Below, piece after piece: positions 31,244-41,968 of a stretch of 64,000 bases of DNA. This DNA is from Bdellovibrionales bacterium (GTDB lineage: Bacteria; Bdellovibrionota; Bdellovibrionia; Bdellovibrionales; UBA1609), in NCBI GenBank assembly GCA_965219095.1, contig OZ244719.1, positions 224,001 through 288,000 of the forward strand. The letters run 5' to 3'. The notes beneath the pieces were generated by a model that was not told the DNA's origin, searched no databases, and worked only from the letters and a program-made list of their open reading frames with translations. Each line of letters opens with the position of its first letter. The stretch's first letter is position 1. Both the position numbers and the translations under genes were made by a program.

Positions 31244-32763
31244 GCATCCTCGAAAGAATCTGTGGGTTCCCGGAGGTTCTGGCAGTTTTCCAAGGTTATG
31301 ATATAAGGCGATTTTTATAGCTTTAGAGGTTCTAAAGCCGTAAGATTTTCTCATAGTGAGTTTTACTTTGTTGTTTAAACCCTCTACAATCCCTGAGGAG
31401 AAGGTTTTTTTAGCCTTGAAGTAATTAAGAATAAGTAGCTTATGTCTTTGTATGGTTTTTGCTTTTCTTTTCATAGGTTCAATTTTTGAAAGCATGACTC
31501 GTTTCGTCCAACTGTCTATAAATTTACCAGCCCAAGTTGGTGGAACATAGGTCCATAACTGTCGGAAGTCTTCTTTTAAAAAATAACAGCGGATACTTTT
31601 TAAATTGTACTGTATTAAATGCCTTAATTTTACTTTTTCATAAGATTTTAAATTTTCTGCATTTTTTAACAAGGGCCATCTAGCTTTTGTTAAAAGGGGT
31701 TCATACCCGTCTTCTTTCATTTTTTTGTGTTCTGAAGCTCTCACTTCATCTAAAGCCTTATTGAGTCTTGCTACGATATGAAACCGATCTAATATGTGTA
31801 AAGCTCCACTTGCCCTCTCCTTTATGACTTTTAAATAAGGCTTCCACATATCAGAACACACAAACCGTATATCTTTTGACTTCTCTCCTAGTAAATCAAA
31901 GAATTTTCTAAAACTCTTTTCTGTTCTTTTTTCTCCTATCCACAACAAGCGTACACGGGTTTTGCTTATTTCATAGACTAAGGTGAGATACTGATGGTTC
32001 TTTTTCCATTGTATTTCATCTACACCTATAGCTTGTATTCCCTTTAAAACCCTTTGTTTTAAACCATATTCTACGACCCATTCTACCGAAGCATAGACCT
32101 GATTCCAACTGACATGAAACTTACAAGAAACCTCTTTCCAAGACAGGTGACGACACCAGTCTGCTAAGTACTTCATGTAAAAGATCGTTAAACTCTTCTT
32201 ACCATCGGCCCAAGGTAAATACTCAACTTTTACCCCACAGCAAGGACAATTAACTCTTCTTACAGCATAAACAAAGAACACCCTGTAACTTAAAATAGGA
32301 AGGGATTCAAAGTCCCGTGATGATTTACTGCTGTCATACACTGAACAGGGCTTCTTACAAACACTACAAAAAGCTTGGCCATTTTTACGAGCCTTAATAG
32401 GAACATTAATTGACTTTCTATCTTTTGAAAAATAAATGTCTTCGTACACAAAAGACTTCCATCTTAAACAATCATTTAGTATAGTCTTCAAAAGCATCTC
32501 TTCCCTCCTTTTTTTTTTTTTTGAATAACATTTTAAGGCATCTGGGAAGTAGGTGCTTCTTTTTTAAAATTTTAATGTAACACAGCAAATAAAAGCAAAT
32601 AAAATGAATGTTTTTGAGTTCAATCGCCAAAGGCGATAGAGGCCAGTAAGGGCCTCAAAGAACTCAAAAATACAAGATAGGATGTCTTACTCTTACTTTG
32701 ATTAATATGAGCCTTTTTGGGGGATTTCTACTACTTTTCACCCACAGATTCCCGGGAGGAGCC
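31244..32763 (-). mobile_element. ISL3-family element, full length, with transposase 31229..32497
   Basis: CxxC Zn ribbons, GVDE, CSDMW, DRFH, EGLNNKVK; 8-bp TSD ATTTTTTT at 31236-31243 and 32764-32771; stop TGA->CGA gives read-through. Confidence 0.92.
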
Positions 32764-32804
32764 ATTTTTTTTTTATGTTTTAATACTCATATGTTAAATT
32801 TATT

Positions 32805-32852
32805 GCCTCCTCAAAAGAATCTGTGGGTTCCCGGAGGTTCTTTTGAGGAGCC
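32805..32852. mobile_element. 48-bp ISL3 ends-only mini-element
   Basis: GCCTCCTCAAAAGAATCTGTGGGTTCCCGGAGGTTCTTTTGAGGAGCC. Confidence 0.78.
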
Positions 32853-34502
32853 AAAAAGAAAAACCCAAAGATACGATTCAACAGATCCAAAAAAACTCTC
32901 AGAAAAAAGAAAGAAAAACCGCTTCACAACCTATGAAGAAAGCAAAAAGACTTACTTATATAGTGCTTCCGTTTAGGTTTTCAGGTTCCTAAGATGGAGA
33001 AGTTATCAGTTATCAAAGTTTCTAATTTAGCTCTGTGTTTTCGTATTCCTCTAAAAAATTGACTTAAACTTCCCTTGAAATCGTCATAATTTTCATAATA
33101 GCGATTTGCTGTGACCTCTTTTTTCATAAACTTCCAAAGCCTTTCTATAGGATTTAAATTCGGTGAATACGGAGGAAGATAAACAAGTTTTATATTCAAC
33201 TCTTTCGCTAACTTCTTGACAGACTTCGATCTATTGTATCCGGCCCCATCTAAGATAAGATGAATCTCTTTTTCATCGGGATGCTTCTTAATGAATATGA
33301 TAGAGCATATCACATAGAAAAACTTCGTTAACTGTCTTATAACTCCTGACTACCGTCTTCAAACTATTGATCTCAATAGCTCCACAAACATTCACTCTTT
33401 TTCTCCAGCCTGAATTGGTCTTCACTTCAAACTTCTTACCCTCTCTTATCCAACCATATGAAATCGTAGGGCCCCACTCAGGATGTGTGGAATCAGCAAA
33501 GTAAACAGGACCGTCTTTCTTCTTAATTCTCTTGTATTTACGCACAAACTTTTTCTGCTCTTCTCTCTTTGCCTTACCCGGTATCGCTGTGGCTTTTTTA
33601 TAAGAAAAACCAAGGCGATGGAGAAGATCAATTACACCACTTGTTGAGTACGTAACACCAAAATTCTCCTCAATGAACTGAATAACGGTCTGTGATGATG
33701 GAAAAATTCTTTTCTCTAATTCCTTTAAAAGCATTTTCTCCTCTTTCTTAGTTAAAAAGGACCTTTTAGGGTTATAATTGTCGTTGATTAAGCACTCTAT
33801 CCCACCTTTGTTATAACGATCTCTACAGGCTCTTATCGTGCCCTCATCAATGAAAAGAAAGCAGGCAATATCTTTTACACAACTTACCTTTATCTAATAT
33901 GGAGAATTGTCATAATCCTTTTTGCGTATTTAATATTTTTCTCTAAAGATAGTTCATAGAGTAAATCTTCTCGCTCTTTTTTTGATAGAAACCCTGACAT
34001 ATGAAACTATTTTTAAAAATAAATGACTTTTTATCAAGGCCTTAGAATAAAAACTAGACCTCAACTCAAAAAAAACGGAAAACCTAAGCGAAAGCACTAT
34101 ATAGATGAGATAAAACAAGCTCTTCTTAACTATAAGGACCACCCACCTGAGGAAACAATTCTTGTCGATGCAGAAAGCAGAGCTTACTGTTCATCAACTG
34201 ATTGTGATCAAATCGCTCAAGTGGAAAATTATTGTCGTTATCATTATCTTTCTTTATAGAAAAAGATACAAAAACGCAGAAAAATATTAGCAGAAAACCA
34301 GATTTACACTTATTTACAGAGCCTTTCTGATTCTCACTCTTTAAGAATGATTTATGTAATTTATAAGGATCTTTCTGACGAAAGAGACTTTTTAGATGTC
34401 ATTCAAGAACTTTATTCCGATGATTTAGAGTTTTCTCAGGGCGAGGAAAGCCCTTTAGGGAGCAGTATAGAAAGTGAAATGGAGAACTTTAATAAAGACT
34501 AA
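32853..34502 (+). pseudogene. Diverged partial duplicate of 30435..31175, interrupted by IS630-A and a TGG->TAG nonsense change (34257)
   Basis: Aligns with ~30667..31175 on both sides of the IS630; removing the IS restores CTTACTTATATAGATGAG. Confidence 0.88.
32961..34099 (-). mobile_element. IS630-family element A (frameshifted transposase, ATG ~34000)
   Basis: IRs TAGTGCTTCCGTTTAGGTTTTC / GAAAACCTAAGCGAAAGCACTA; TA duplication; YFADSTHP, LDGAGY, LPPYSPNLNPIERLW. Confidence 0.9.
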
Positions 34503-34514
34503 AAGAACTAAAAA

Positions 34515-35051
34515 TTAAACCTTTCTTTCTTTTTTTCGATTTAAAAAAAGATGGTCAATTTGGATTTGTGTTAAAATGTCTTCTTCGTCATCTTGTGTTT
34601 GAAAGAATGATTCCTCTTTAGAGAGGTTGAGAAGCTTATCAGCTTGCTCCTCTAGACTGTCATTTTCTGTTGAAAACAAGAAAAAAATAGTTTCATCTTG
34701 AAAAGTTTGAGTTGACCACTTCCTAGGTAGATTTTGAGAAGAGTTGTTAAAATAATGCTCCATAAGACTCATACTGTAATCAACTATAAGCTCTATAACA
34801 TCTTCAGGCTTATCTGTTTTAGAAGAGAAGTCTTTAGAGATGTGAAAATTTTTTTGACTTATCTGATTGTCTTCTAAGTAACCTATTTTAAATAAAAACT
34901 CCTTAGGGCAAATAAAGCCTTTAACAAGAAATTCTCCTTTTTGAGCTGGATTTTCAAATTTCTTCTCAAAGTTCTTTTTGATTTGTTCTAACAGTTCACA
35001 AGGCCATCTAGCTCTTTTTTTAGAGGATTTGAGCCTGTAAAATACTTCCAT
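34515..35051 (-). CDS. Hypothetical protein
   Basis: 178-aa ORF divergent from miaB; N..LEEQADKLL C-terminal motif. Confidence 0.6.
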   Translation of the reverse strand: MEVFYRLKSSKKRARWPCELLEQIKKNFEKKFENPAQKGEFLVKGFICPKEFLFKIGYLEDNQISQKNFHISKDFSSKTDKPEDVIELIVDYSMSLMEHYFNNSSQNLPRKWSTQTFQDETIFFLFSTENDSLEEQADKLLNLSKEESFFQTQDDEEDILTQIQIDHLFLNRKKERKV

Positions 35052-35109
35052 AAAGTTGACCTTTCTTAAAGGATCGTTTACTTAATAAATATAAGGGTAG
35101 TTATCGTAT

Positions 35110-36459
35110 ATGGAACTAGATGTCAATAGCTCTAAGAGAGGCCTTTTTTCTCATAAAAAGGGGGTTTATATAAGCACTTATGGCTGTCAGATGAATGTGA
35201 ATGACACAGAGAGAATGTACTCTCTTTTGGAGATGATCAATTATTTTTCTGTACCTTTTGCTGAAATGGCAGAGCTTATTATTATTAACTCCTGTAGTGT
35301 GAGGCAAAAGCCTGTGCATAAAGTACATTCAGAAGTAGGGCGTTATAAGGGTCTTAAGAAAAAAAATCCTCATATGTTAATTGGTGTCACTGGTTGTGTA
35401 GCTCAACAGGAAAAAGACAAAATTCTTAAAACAATACCTTTGTTGGATTTTGTTGTGGGAACAGACGCTATTGACAAGCTTCCTGATATAATCACTAACA
35501 TAAGAGAGCTAAAACAAAAGATCGTGGAAGTTCGTTTTGAACATCAAAAACCTTATGAAATACAAACTCTGATCCGAAACCCTAAGGTTTCAACCTTTGT
35601 AAACATTACAAAAGGTTGTGATAATTTTTGTACTTTTTGTGTTGTTCCGTTTACTAGGGGCAGAGAAAGAAGCCGACCTATGAAAGAGCTTATCATTGAT
35701 GTACAAAACTTAGTTCAAAGGGGTGTAAAAGAAGTGACTTTCTTAGGGCAGAATGTAAATTCCTATCGATCGCCTTGCGGCAGTGATTTTGCTGATTTAC
35801 TTAAAAATATAAGTTTAGAGACAGATATAGAACGTATCCGTTATACCACAAGTCACCCTAAAGATTTTAATGAAAAACTTGTAAATGTTATGAATACATA
35901 CAGAGAAAAAATATGTGAGTATGTTCATTTACCTGTACAGTCAGGAAACAGTGAAGTTTTAAAACGTATGAATCGTGGTTATTCAAGGAAAGAATATCTT
36001 TCAAAAGTCCATATGATATTAAATGAGTTAGAAGGAGTCAGTCTTTCAACAGATATCATTGTAGGGTTTCCGGGAGAAACAGAAAAACAATTTGAAGACA
36101 CTTTAAGTTTGTTAGATGAGGTCAATTATGAAAGCCTTTTCGCTTTTAAATACAGTCCTCGCCCTTTTACAAAGGCAGCTAAGTTCAGGGATCAAATTGA
36201 TGAAAAAGAAAAATCAAGACGACTCCAAACTCTTTTCGAAAAACATGAAAAAATAGCTTTTCAACTAGCTCAAAAATATGAATTGCAAACTCTAAAAGTT
36301 TTAATAGAAAACGTTAAAGAAGGAATGGCCTCAGGGCGTTCAAGACAAAATAAGTTAGTTCATTTTAAAGTCAACCAAAGTGACGGAGTGGGTAAAACAG
36401 TTGATGTTTTTATCAAGAAAGCTTTTCCTCAAACTTTGAGAGGAGAGTTATGTTCGTAG
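35110..36459 (+). CDS. miaB: tRNA ms2i6A37 methylthiotransferase MiaB
   Basis: TYGCQMN, GCVAQQ, radical SAM CDNFCTFC, SDIIVGFPGE-like motif, TRAM tail. Confidence 0.96.
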   Translation: MELDVNSSKRGLFSHKKGVYISTYGCQMNVNDTERMYSLLEMINYFSVPFAEMAELIIINSCSVRQKPVHKVHSEVGRYKGLKKKNPHMLIGVTGCVAQQEKDKILKTIPLLDFVVGTDAIDKLPDIITNIRELKQKIVEVRFEHQKPYEIQTLIRNPKVSTFVNITKGCDNFCTFCVVPFTRGRERSRPMKELIIDVQNLVQRGVKEVTFLGQNVNSYRSPCGSDFADLLKNISLETDIERIRYTTSHPKDFNEKLVNVMNTYREKICEYVHLPVQSGNSEVLKRMNRGYSRKEYLSKVHMILNELEGVSLSTDIIVGFPGETEKQFEDTLSLLDEVNYESLFAFKYSPRPFTKAAKFRDQIDEKEKSRRLQTLFEKHEKIAFQLAQKYELQTLKVLIENVKEGMASGRSRQNKLVHFKVNQSDGVGKTVDVFIKKAFPQTLRGELCS

Positions 36460-36974
36460 AGATCAAAGCTCACAATTCAATCAAAAACACAAAACCACAA
36501 ATAGGAGAAGATGTGTTTGTAGCAGATAACGCAAGAGTCATAGGAGATGTGGTTTTAGAGAAAGACTCTTCTGTTTGGTATCATGCTACCATTAGAGGGG
36601 ATGTTATGCCGGTGAAAATAGGAAAAGAAACTAACATTCAAGATGCAACTGTCATTCACTCTACTCATAAAAGAAATTCTGTTGTTTTAGGTCATAGAGT
36701 TACAATAGGCCATATGTGTGTGCTACATGGTTGTAAAGTCAATGATCTGTGCCTTATAGGCATGGGAAGTATTCTTACGGATGACGTAGATATCCCAGAA
36801 AAATGTATTGTAGCTGCCGGCTCTTTAGTCCTGTCTCAGCAGAAGTTTAGATCAAAAACTCTTATCTTAGGACGTCCTGCTAAAGAGTTAAGAAAACTTA
36901 CAGGAGAAGAACTTGATTTTTTGGAACAGTCAGCTAAGAATTACTTAAAATATAAACAGTGGTATAAAGTATGA
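36450..36974 (+). CDS. Gamma carbonic anhydrase family protein
   Basis: IGDV, IRGDV, TNIQD, TIGH..VLHGC hexapeptide repeats. Confidence 0.9.
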   Translation: MFVEIKAHNSIKNTKPQIGEDVFVADNARVIGDVVLEKDSSVWYHATIRGDVMPVKIGKETNIQDATVIHSTHKRNSVVLGHRVTIGHMCVLHGCKVNDLCLIGMGSILTDDVDIPEKCIVAAGSLVLSQQKFRSKTLILGRPAKELRKLTGEELDFLEQSAKNYLKYKQWYKV

Positions 36975-38431
36975 ATATGAAACTTCCTATAGCTTTAACC
37001 TTTGAAGATGTTTTACTTGTTCCTCAGTACTCTGAGGTTTTACCTTCAGAGGTAAGTACTCGTAGTTTTTTTGCTAAAAACATGTTTTTAGCAACACCTA
37101 TTCTATCAGCAGGAATGGATATGGTCACAGAAAGTAAAATTGCTCAAAGAATAGCTCAATTAGGAGGCTTAGGAATCATTCATAAAAATTTATCTCTTCA
37201 AGAACAGGTTTTAGAGGTCGAAAAAGTAAAAAAATATGAAAGTGGTATGATCTTAGATCCTATTACCTTATCTCCTGAAAAAAAACTTAAAGAAGCTTTA
37301 GAGTTGATGAAAAAATACTCTATCAGCGGAGTCCCCATCACAGATAAAAAGGGATTTCTTGTAGGAATTTTAACCAATAGAGATTTAAGGTTTGAAGAGA
37401 ATTTAAATCGTTCCATATCTGAACTCATGACAAAAGATAATTTAATCACAACAAAAACTCATCGTTCTTTAGATGAAGCCAAACAGATTTTACAGAAAAA
37501 TCGTATAGAAAAACTTCCTGTTGTAGATGATAAAGGTTATTTAAAAGGGCTTATTACCATTAAGGATATTCAAAAATCTATTAACTATCCCTTAGCAACA
37601 AAAGATAGCAAAGGTCGTCTTGTTGTGGGAGCTTCTGTGGGAACAGATCCTCTCAGTTATGAAAGAGCAGAAGCTTTAGTGTCTCAAGGAGTGGATGTTT
37701 TAGTTGTGGACACAGCTCATGGTCATTCAAAAAATGTTTTGAAAATGGTAGAGCATTTATATAAATCGTTTAAGGATGTGATTGTTGTAGGAGGCAATGT
37801 TGTTACAGCTGAGGGAACAGAGGCTTTGTACAAAAGAGGAGCTGATGTGGTCAAAGTGGGAGTAGGTTCAGGAAGTATTTGTACTACAAGAATGGTTTCA
37901 GGTGTAGGAATCCCTCAAATTCAAGCCGTCTATGAGTGTTCTAAAGTTACAGAAAAATATAAAAAAACTATCATTGCTGATGGGGGAATTTCTTATTCTG
38001 GAGAGATTACAAAGGCTTTAGCTATAGGAGCCCATTCTGTGATGTTGGGTTCGCTTTTAGCGGGGTGTAAAGAAAGTCCTGGTGAAATTGTCATCTACCA
38101 GGGGCGTCGTTATAAAACTTATAGAGGTATGGGAAGCTTAGCTGCTATGAAAAGAGGTTCAAAAGATCGGTATGGACAAGCAGATCATCATGATGAATTA
38201 GTACCAGAAGGTATTGAAGGTCAAGTGACTTATAAGGGTGCTTTAAAGGAGGTTGTTTATCAACTTATAGGGGGTGTGAGGGCTGGTATGGGGTATTTAG
38301 GAGCTAAAAATTTAGATGACTTACGAAAGAAAGCCCAGTTCATACAAATCACAGGTAATGGTTTGAGAGAATCTCATGTTCATGGTGTTCAAATCACTCG
38401 TGAAGCCCCTAACTATCAAGCTCCCATTTAA
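36971..38431 (+). CDS. guaB: IMP dehydrogenase
   Basis: TFEDVLL, CBS domains, DTAHGH, GSICTTR, YRGMGS, PEGIEG. Confidence 0.97.
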   Translation: MNMKLPIALTFEDVLLVPQYSEVLPSEVSTRSFFAKNMFLATPILSAGMDMVTESKIAQRIAQLGGLGIIHKNLSLQEQVLEVEKVKKYESGMILDPITLSPEKKLKEALELMKKYSISGVPITDKKGFLVGILTNRDLRFEENLNRSISELMTKDNLITTKTHRSLDEAKQILQKNRIEKLPVVDDKGYLKGLITIKDIQKSINYPLATKDSKGRLVVGASVGTDPLSYERAEALVSQGVDVLVVDTAHGHSKNVLKMVEHLYKSFKDVIVVGGNVVTAEGTEALYKRGADVVKVGVGSGSICTTRMVSGVGIPQIQAVYECSKVTEKYKKTIIADGGISYSGEITKALAIGAHSVMLGSLLAGCKESPGEIVIYQGRRYKTYRGMGSLAAMKRGSKDRYGQADHHDELVPEGIEGQVTYKGALKEVVYQLIGGVRAGMGYLGAKNLDDLRKKAQFIQITGNGLRESHVHGVQITREAPNYQAPI

Positions 38432-38453
38432 GAAACTTTTAGGTGAAGGTAAA

Positions 38454-39005
38454 GTGACTGAAAAAGAAAAGTTAATATTTAAAATGTTAGAAGCTATAGG
38501 TGAAGATCCTAAAAGAGAGGGGTTAAAAGAAACTCCAACAAGGGTGATTTCTTCTTGGTTAGAACTTTATTCAGGCTACTCACAAGATCCTAAAGAAATT
38601 TTATGTAAGACCTTTAAAAGGACTCATTATCAAGAGATGGTTATTTGTCGTGATATTTCTTTTTACTCTACTTGTGAACATCATATGCTCCCTTTTTTTG
38701 GAAAAGCTCATGTAGGTTACATTCCTAATAAAAAAATTGTAGGTCTTTCAAAATTACCTCGCTTGGTGTCTTGTTTTTCAAGACGACTTCAGATTCAAGA
38801 AAGCCTTACAGAACAAATTGCTCAGGCTATTGAAACTTACTTAGAACCAGAAGGAGTAGGGGTATGGATGAAAGCTCAGCATCTATGTGTTTTGTCAAGA
38901 GGAGTAAGGGATCATTCCTCTAAAATGATTACAACTTCCCTTAAGGGAAGCTTCTTAGAAGATCATAAAGTTCGTCAAGAGTTTCTAAGTTCTCTCAAAT
39001 TATGA
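38454..39005 (+). CDS. folE: GTP cyclohydrolase I
   Basis: REGLKETP.RV, CEHHMLPF, GLSKL, LQIQE, HLC...RG; GTG 38454 more likely than the ORF-track start. Confidence 0.95.
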   Translation: MTEKEKLIFKMLEAIGEDPKREGLKETPTRVISSWLELYSGYSQDPKEILCKTFKRTHYQEMVICRDISFYSTCEHHMLPFFGKAHVGYIPNKKIVGLSKLPRLVSCFSRRLQIQESLTEQIAQAIETYLEPEGVGVWMKAQHLCVLSRGVRDHSSKMITTSLKGSFLEDHKVRQEFLSSLKL

Positions 39006-39679
39006 AACACTCAAAAGCATTAGTTGTTTTTTCAGGGGGTCAAGATTCTACAACTTGTCTTTTTTGGGCTCAAAATCGCTACTCTTACGTAGAAGCGGTT
39101 ACTTTTTTTTATGAGCAAAATCATCAAGTAGAATTAAAGCAAGCTCAGCTTATATGTAAAAAATTAAATATTCCTCAAAAAGTGATAAACTTTTCTGTAA
39201 AGAATCTTACTACATCATCTCTTTTGGATTCAAAAATAAAGATGAGCTTTTCTGAAAAAAAAATTCCTAACACTTTAGTGGAAGGACGCAATATTTTGAT
39301 GTTTACCTATGCAACTATTTACGCAAAAAACAAAAACATTGATCATCTTGTTACAGGTGTTTGTGAGACAGACAATTCAGGCTACCCTGATTGTAGAGAA
39401 CAGTTTGTTGTTTCTTTAGAGAAAACCTTAAAGTTAGGCTTAGACTTTGACATTGAAATCAAAACACCTTTGATAAAAATGAATAAGGCCCAGATCTTTG
39501 AATTAGCTAAGAAGGAAGGGTGTTTGGAATTGATTTTAGAAGATTCTCATACTTGTTACAGGGGTGAGCGTACAAAAAAACATGAATGGGGTTATGGCTG
39601 CGGTGAATGTTTTGCTTGTGTGTTAAGGCTCCGGGGCTGGGAAAGATTTAAAAGTTATAAAAATCATAAGCCCAATTAA
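39002..39679 (+). CDS. queC: 7-cyano-7-deazaguanine synthase
   Basis: FSGGQDSTTC, GRN, GYPDCR, TCY...GCGECFAC. Confidence 0.95.
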   Translation: MKHSKALVVFSGGQDSTTCLFWAQNRYSYVEAVTFFYEQNHQVELKQAQLICKKLNIPQKVINFSVKNLTTSSLLDSKIKMSFSEKKIPNTLVEGRNILMFTYATIYAKNKNIDHLVTGVCETDNSGYPDCREQFVVSLEKTLKLGLDFDIEIKTPLIKMNKAQIFELAKKEGCLELILEDSHTCYRGERTKKHEWGYGCGECFACVLRLRGWERFKSYKNHKPN

Positions 39680-39887
39680 AATTGCAGGCCCTTCATTTTT
39701 TCTTCTAGCGAAGTATTTTAGGGTCACTATGAATAATAATGGCTTAAACCAGTGACTTGTCTTGTTTGATTTGACCGAGAAAGTATGTGACAATTTTTCT
39801 CACTATGTTTAAATTTTTGTCACTTTTGAATTTTTTTCAGAGTCTTAAGATCTTAACACTCTAAATTTTTAATGATTAAGTTTAGGA

Positions 39888-39916
39888 TTGACATGTTTTT
39901 TCTTTTATGCTACCTT
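39888..39916 (+). promoter_or_regulatory. Sigma70-type promoter of the RCC1 gene
   Basis: TTGACA - 17 bp - (TG)C-TACCTT; also present upstream of the paralog. Confidence 0.55.
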
Positions 39917-39979
39917 AAAACATTAGAAAAGAAAAAGTTTAAAAAATAAACATTTTCAAATTCAAAAAAGGAGAGTAAA

Positions 39980-41428
39980 ATGAAAATAATAGCTTACTTT
40001 ATATTGGTGAAAGTCTTGTTTATACTTTCATTTTGTCTCGCTGAGGCAGAAAATATCGTCTCTATTTCCGTAGGAACTACTTATGGTATTGGTACTTATG
40101 GTATTGCTGTGAAAAGCCATGCCTGTGCACTTTCTGAAATTGGACAGGTATGGTGTTGGGGATATGGACGTTATGGTCAGTTAGGATATGGAAAAAATAA
40201 GAATCGATCTTATCCTGTACTTGTGAGAACAAAGTCTGGAATGCCTTTAAAAAATGTCATCTTTATTTCTGCAGGAAGCAGACATACCTGTGCTGTTTTA
40301 AGAAATGGTGAGGCCTGGTGTTGGGGAAATGGATATTATGGTCAGTTAGGAAATGGAAAAAATAAGAATCGATCTTATCCTGTACTTGTGAAAACAAAGC
40401 CTGGAGTGCCTTTAGAAAAGGTCGTCTTTATTTCTGCAGGAGATGATCATACTTGTGCTGTTTTAAGAAATGGACAGGCACAGTGTTGGGGATATGGATA
40501 TTATGGTCAGTTAGGATATGGATATTATGGTCAGTTAGGAGATGGAAAAAATAAGAATCGATCTTATCGATCTTATCCTGTGCTTGTGAAAACAAAGTCT
40601 GGAGTGCCTTTAGAAAATGTCATCTTTATTTCTGCAGGATACAATCATACTTGTGCTGTTTTAAGAAATGGTGAGGCCTGGTGTTGGGGATATGGATATT
40701 ATGGTCAGTTAGGAGATGGAAAAAATAAGAATCGATCTTATCCTGTACTTGTGAAAACACAGTCTGAAGTGCCTTTAGAAAAGGTCGTCTTTATTTCTGC
40801 AGGAGATGATCATACTTGTGCTGTTTTAAGAAATGGACAGGCACAGTGTTGGGGATATAATTTATTTGGTCAGTTAGGAGATGGAAAAAATAAGAATCGA
40901 TTTTATCCTGTGCTTGTGAAAACACAGTCTGGAGTGTCTTTAGAAAATGTCATCTTTATTTCTGCAGGATACAATCATACTTGTGTTTTAAGAAATGGAC
41001 AGGCACAGTGTTGGGGAAAAAACCAGCTAGATCCTGAACCTTTACAAGTAGATCAAAGCAATTATTTACGAAGGTTCAAACACCTAGATCCTGAGCCTTT
41101 ACAAGTAGATCAAAGCAATTATTTACGGAGGTTCAAACACCTAGATCCTGAACCTTTACAAGTAGATCAAAGCAATTATTTACGGAGGTTCAAACACCTA
41201 GATCCTGAACCTTTACAAGTAGATCAAAGCAATTATTTACGGAGGTTCAAACACCTAGATCCTGAGCCTTTACAAGTAGATCAAATATATCCTCCGTATC
41301 CTTTTATTATGATTTCTACAGGTACTAATTATACATGTGTGCTTTTAAATGGACAGGTACAGTGTTGGAAACATCAAAGTAAAGAAACTCCTATTCCTAT
41401 GATTATGAAATTTAAGAAAAAGAATTAG
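39980..41428 (+). CDS. Secreted RCC1/BLIP-II-type beta-propeller repeat protein with 19-aa tandem insert
   Basis: Signal peptide; ISAG..HTCA....G.A.CWG....GQLG.G repeats of 55 aa (165 bp). Confidence 0.9.
   Translation: MKIIAYFILVKVLFILSFCLAEAENIVSISVGTTYGIGTYGIAVKSHACALSEIGQVWCWGYGRYGQLGYGKNKNRSYPVLVRTKSGMPLKNVIFISAGSRHTCAVLRNGEAWCWGNGYYGQLGNGKNKNRSYPVLVKTKPGVPLEKVVFISAGDDHTCAVLRNGQAQCWGYGYYGQLGYGYYGQLGDGKNKNRSYRSYPVLVKTKSGVPLENVIFISAGYNHTCAVLRNGEAWCWGYGYYGQLGDGKNKNRSYPVLVKTQSEVPLEKVVFISAGDDHTCAVLRNGQAQCWGYNLFGQLGDGKNKNRFYPVLVKTQSGVSLENVIFISAGYNHTCVLRNGQAQCWGKNQLDPEPLQVDQSNYLRRFKHLDPEPLQVDQSNYLRRFKHLDPEPLQVDQSNYLRRFKHLDPEPLQVDQSNYLRRFKHLDPEPLQVDQIYPPYPFIMISTGTNYTCVLLNGQVQCWKHQSKETPIPMIMKFKKKN
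41027..41285 (+). repeat. 57-bp in-frame tandem repeat (4 full plus 1 partial; LDPEPLQVDQSNYLRRFKH)
   Basis: CTAGATCCTGA at 41027, 41084, 41141, 41198, 41255; only synonymous differences between full units. Confidence 0.95.
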
Positions 41429-41968
41429 GGTATGTCCTCATTTACCTAGACCTTTTTCAAGACCTTAGGCGTGTTGAATATCTATAAAGATTGTAAAAAG
41501 CTCATAACAAAGGGAGGTGTTATGTTAAGGAAAGTTTTAACAGATTCTATGTGGAAGGATCTGGAAGCTATTATAAGAGAGAAAGGCTGTTATCATTCAG
41601 CAAACAATAGAAATGTTATAATGTTATGGAAGCAATTTTATGGAAATTACGCACAGGCAGTCCGTAGCGTGATATTCCTGAACAGTTTGTCCTTGGAAGA
41701 CAGCATATAATCGCTTTAATAGGTGGGCACAAAAAGGGTTATGGAATGATTTTTTTTTACTTTACAAGAAGAAGTTGATACAGAGTGGGTGTCCATCGAC
41801 GGAAGTTACGTATCGGTTCATCAGCATACTAGTGTTCTGACCAGTAAATTTTTTCACAATTTTCAAGACATGGTCATAGTTTTTAAAACATGCATTCGAT
41901 AATTTGATCCTTCGTAATTGTTGCCAGACTTGTTCCATGGGATTTAATTCTGGACTATAAGGAGGTAA

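Noticed and set aside
41027..41285. CRISPR array
   Set aside because: Repeats are contiguous with no unique spacers and lie in frame within a CDS; no cas genes in the window.
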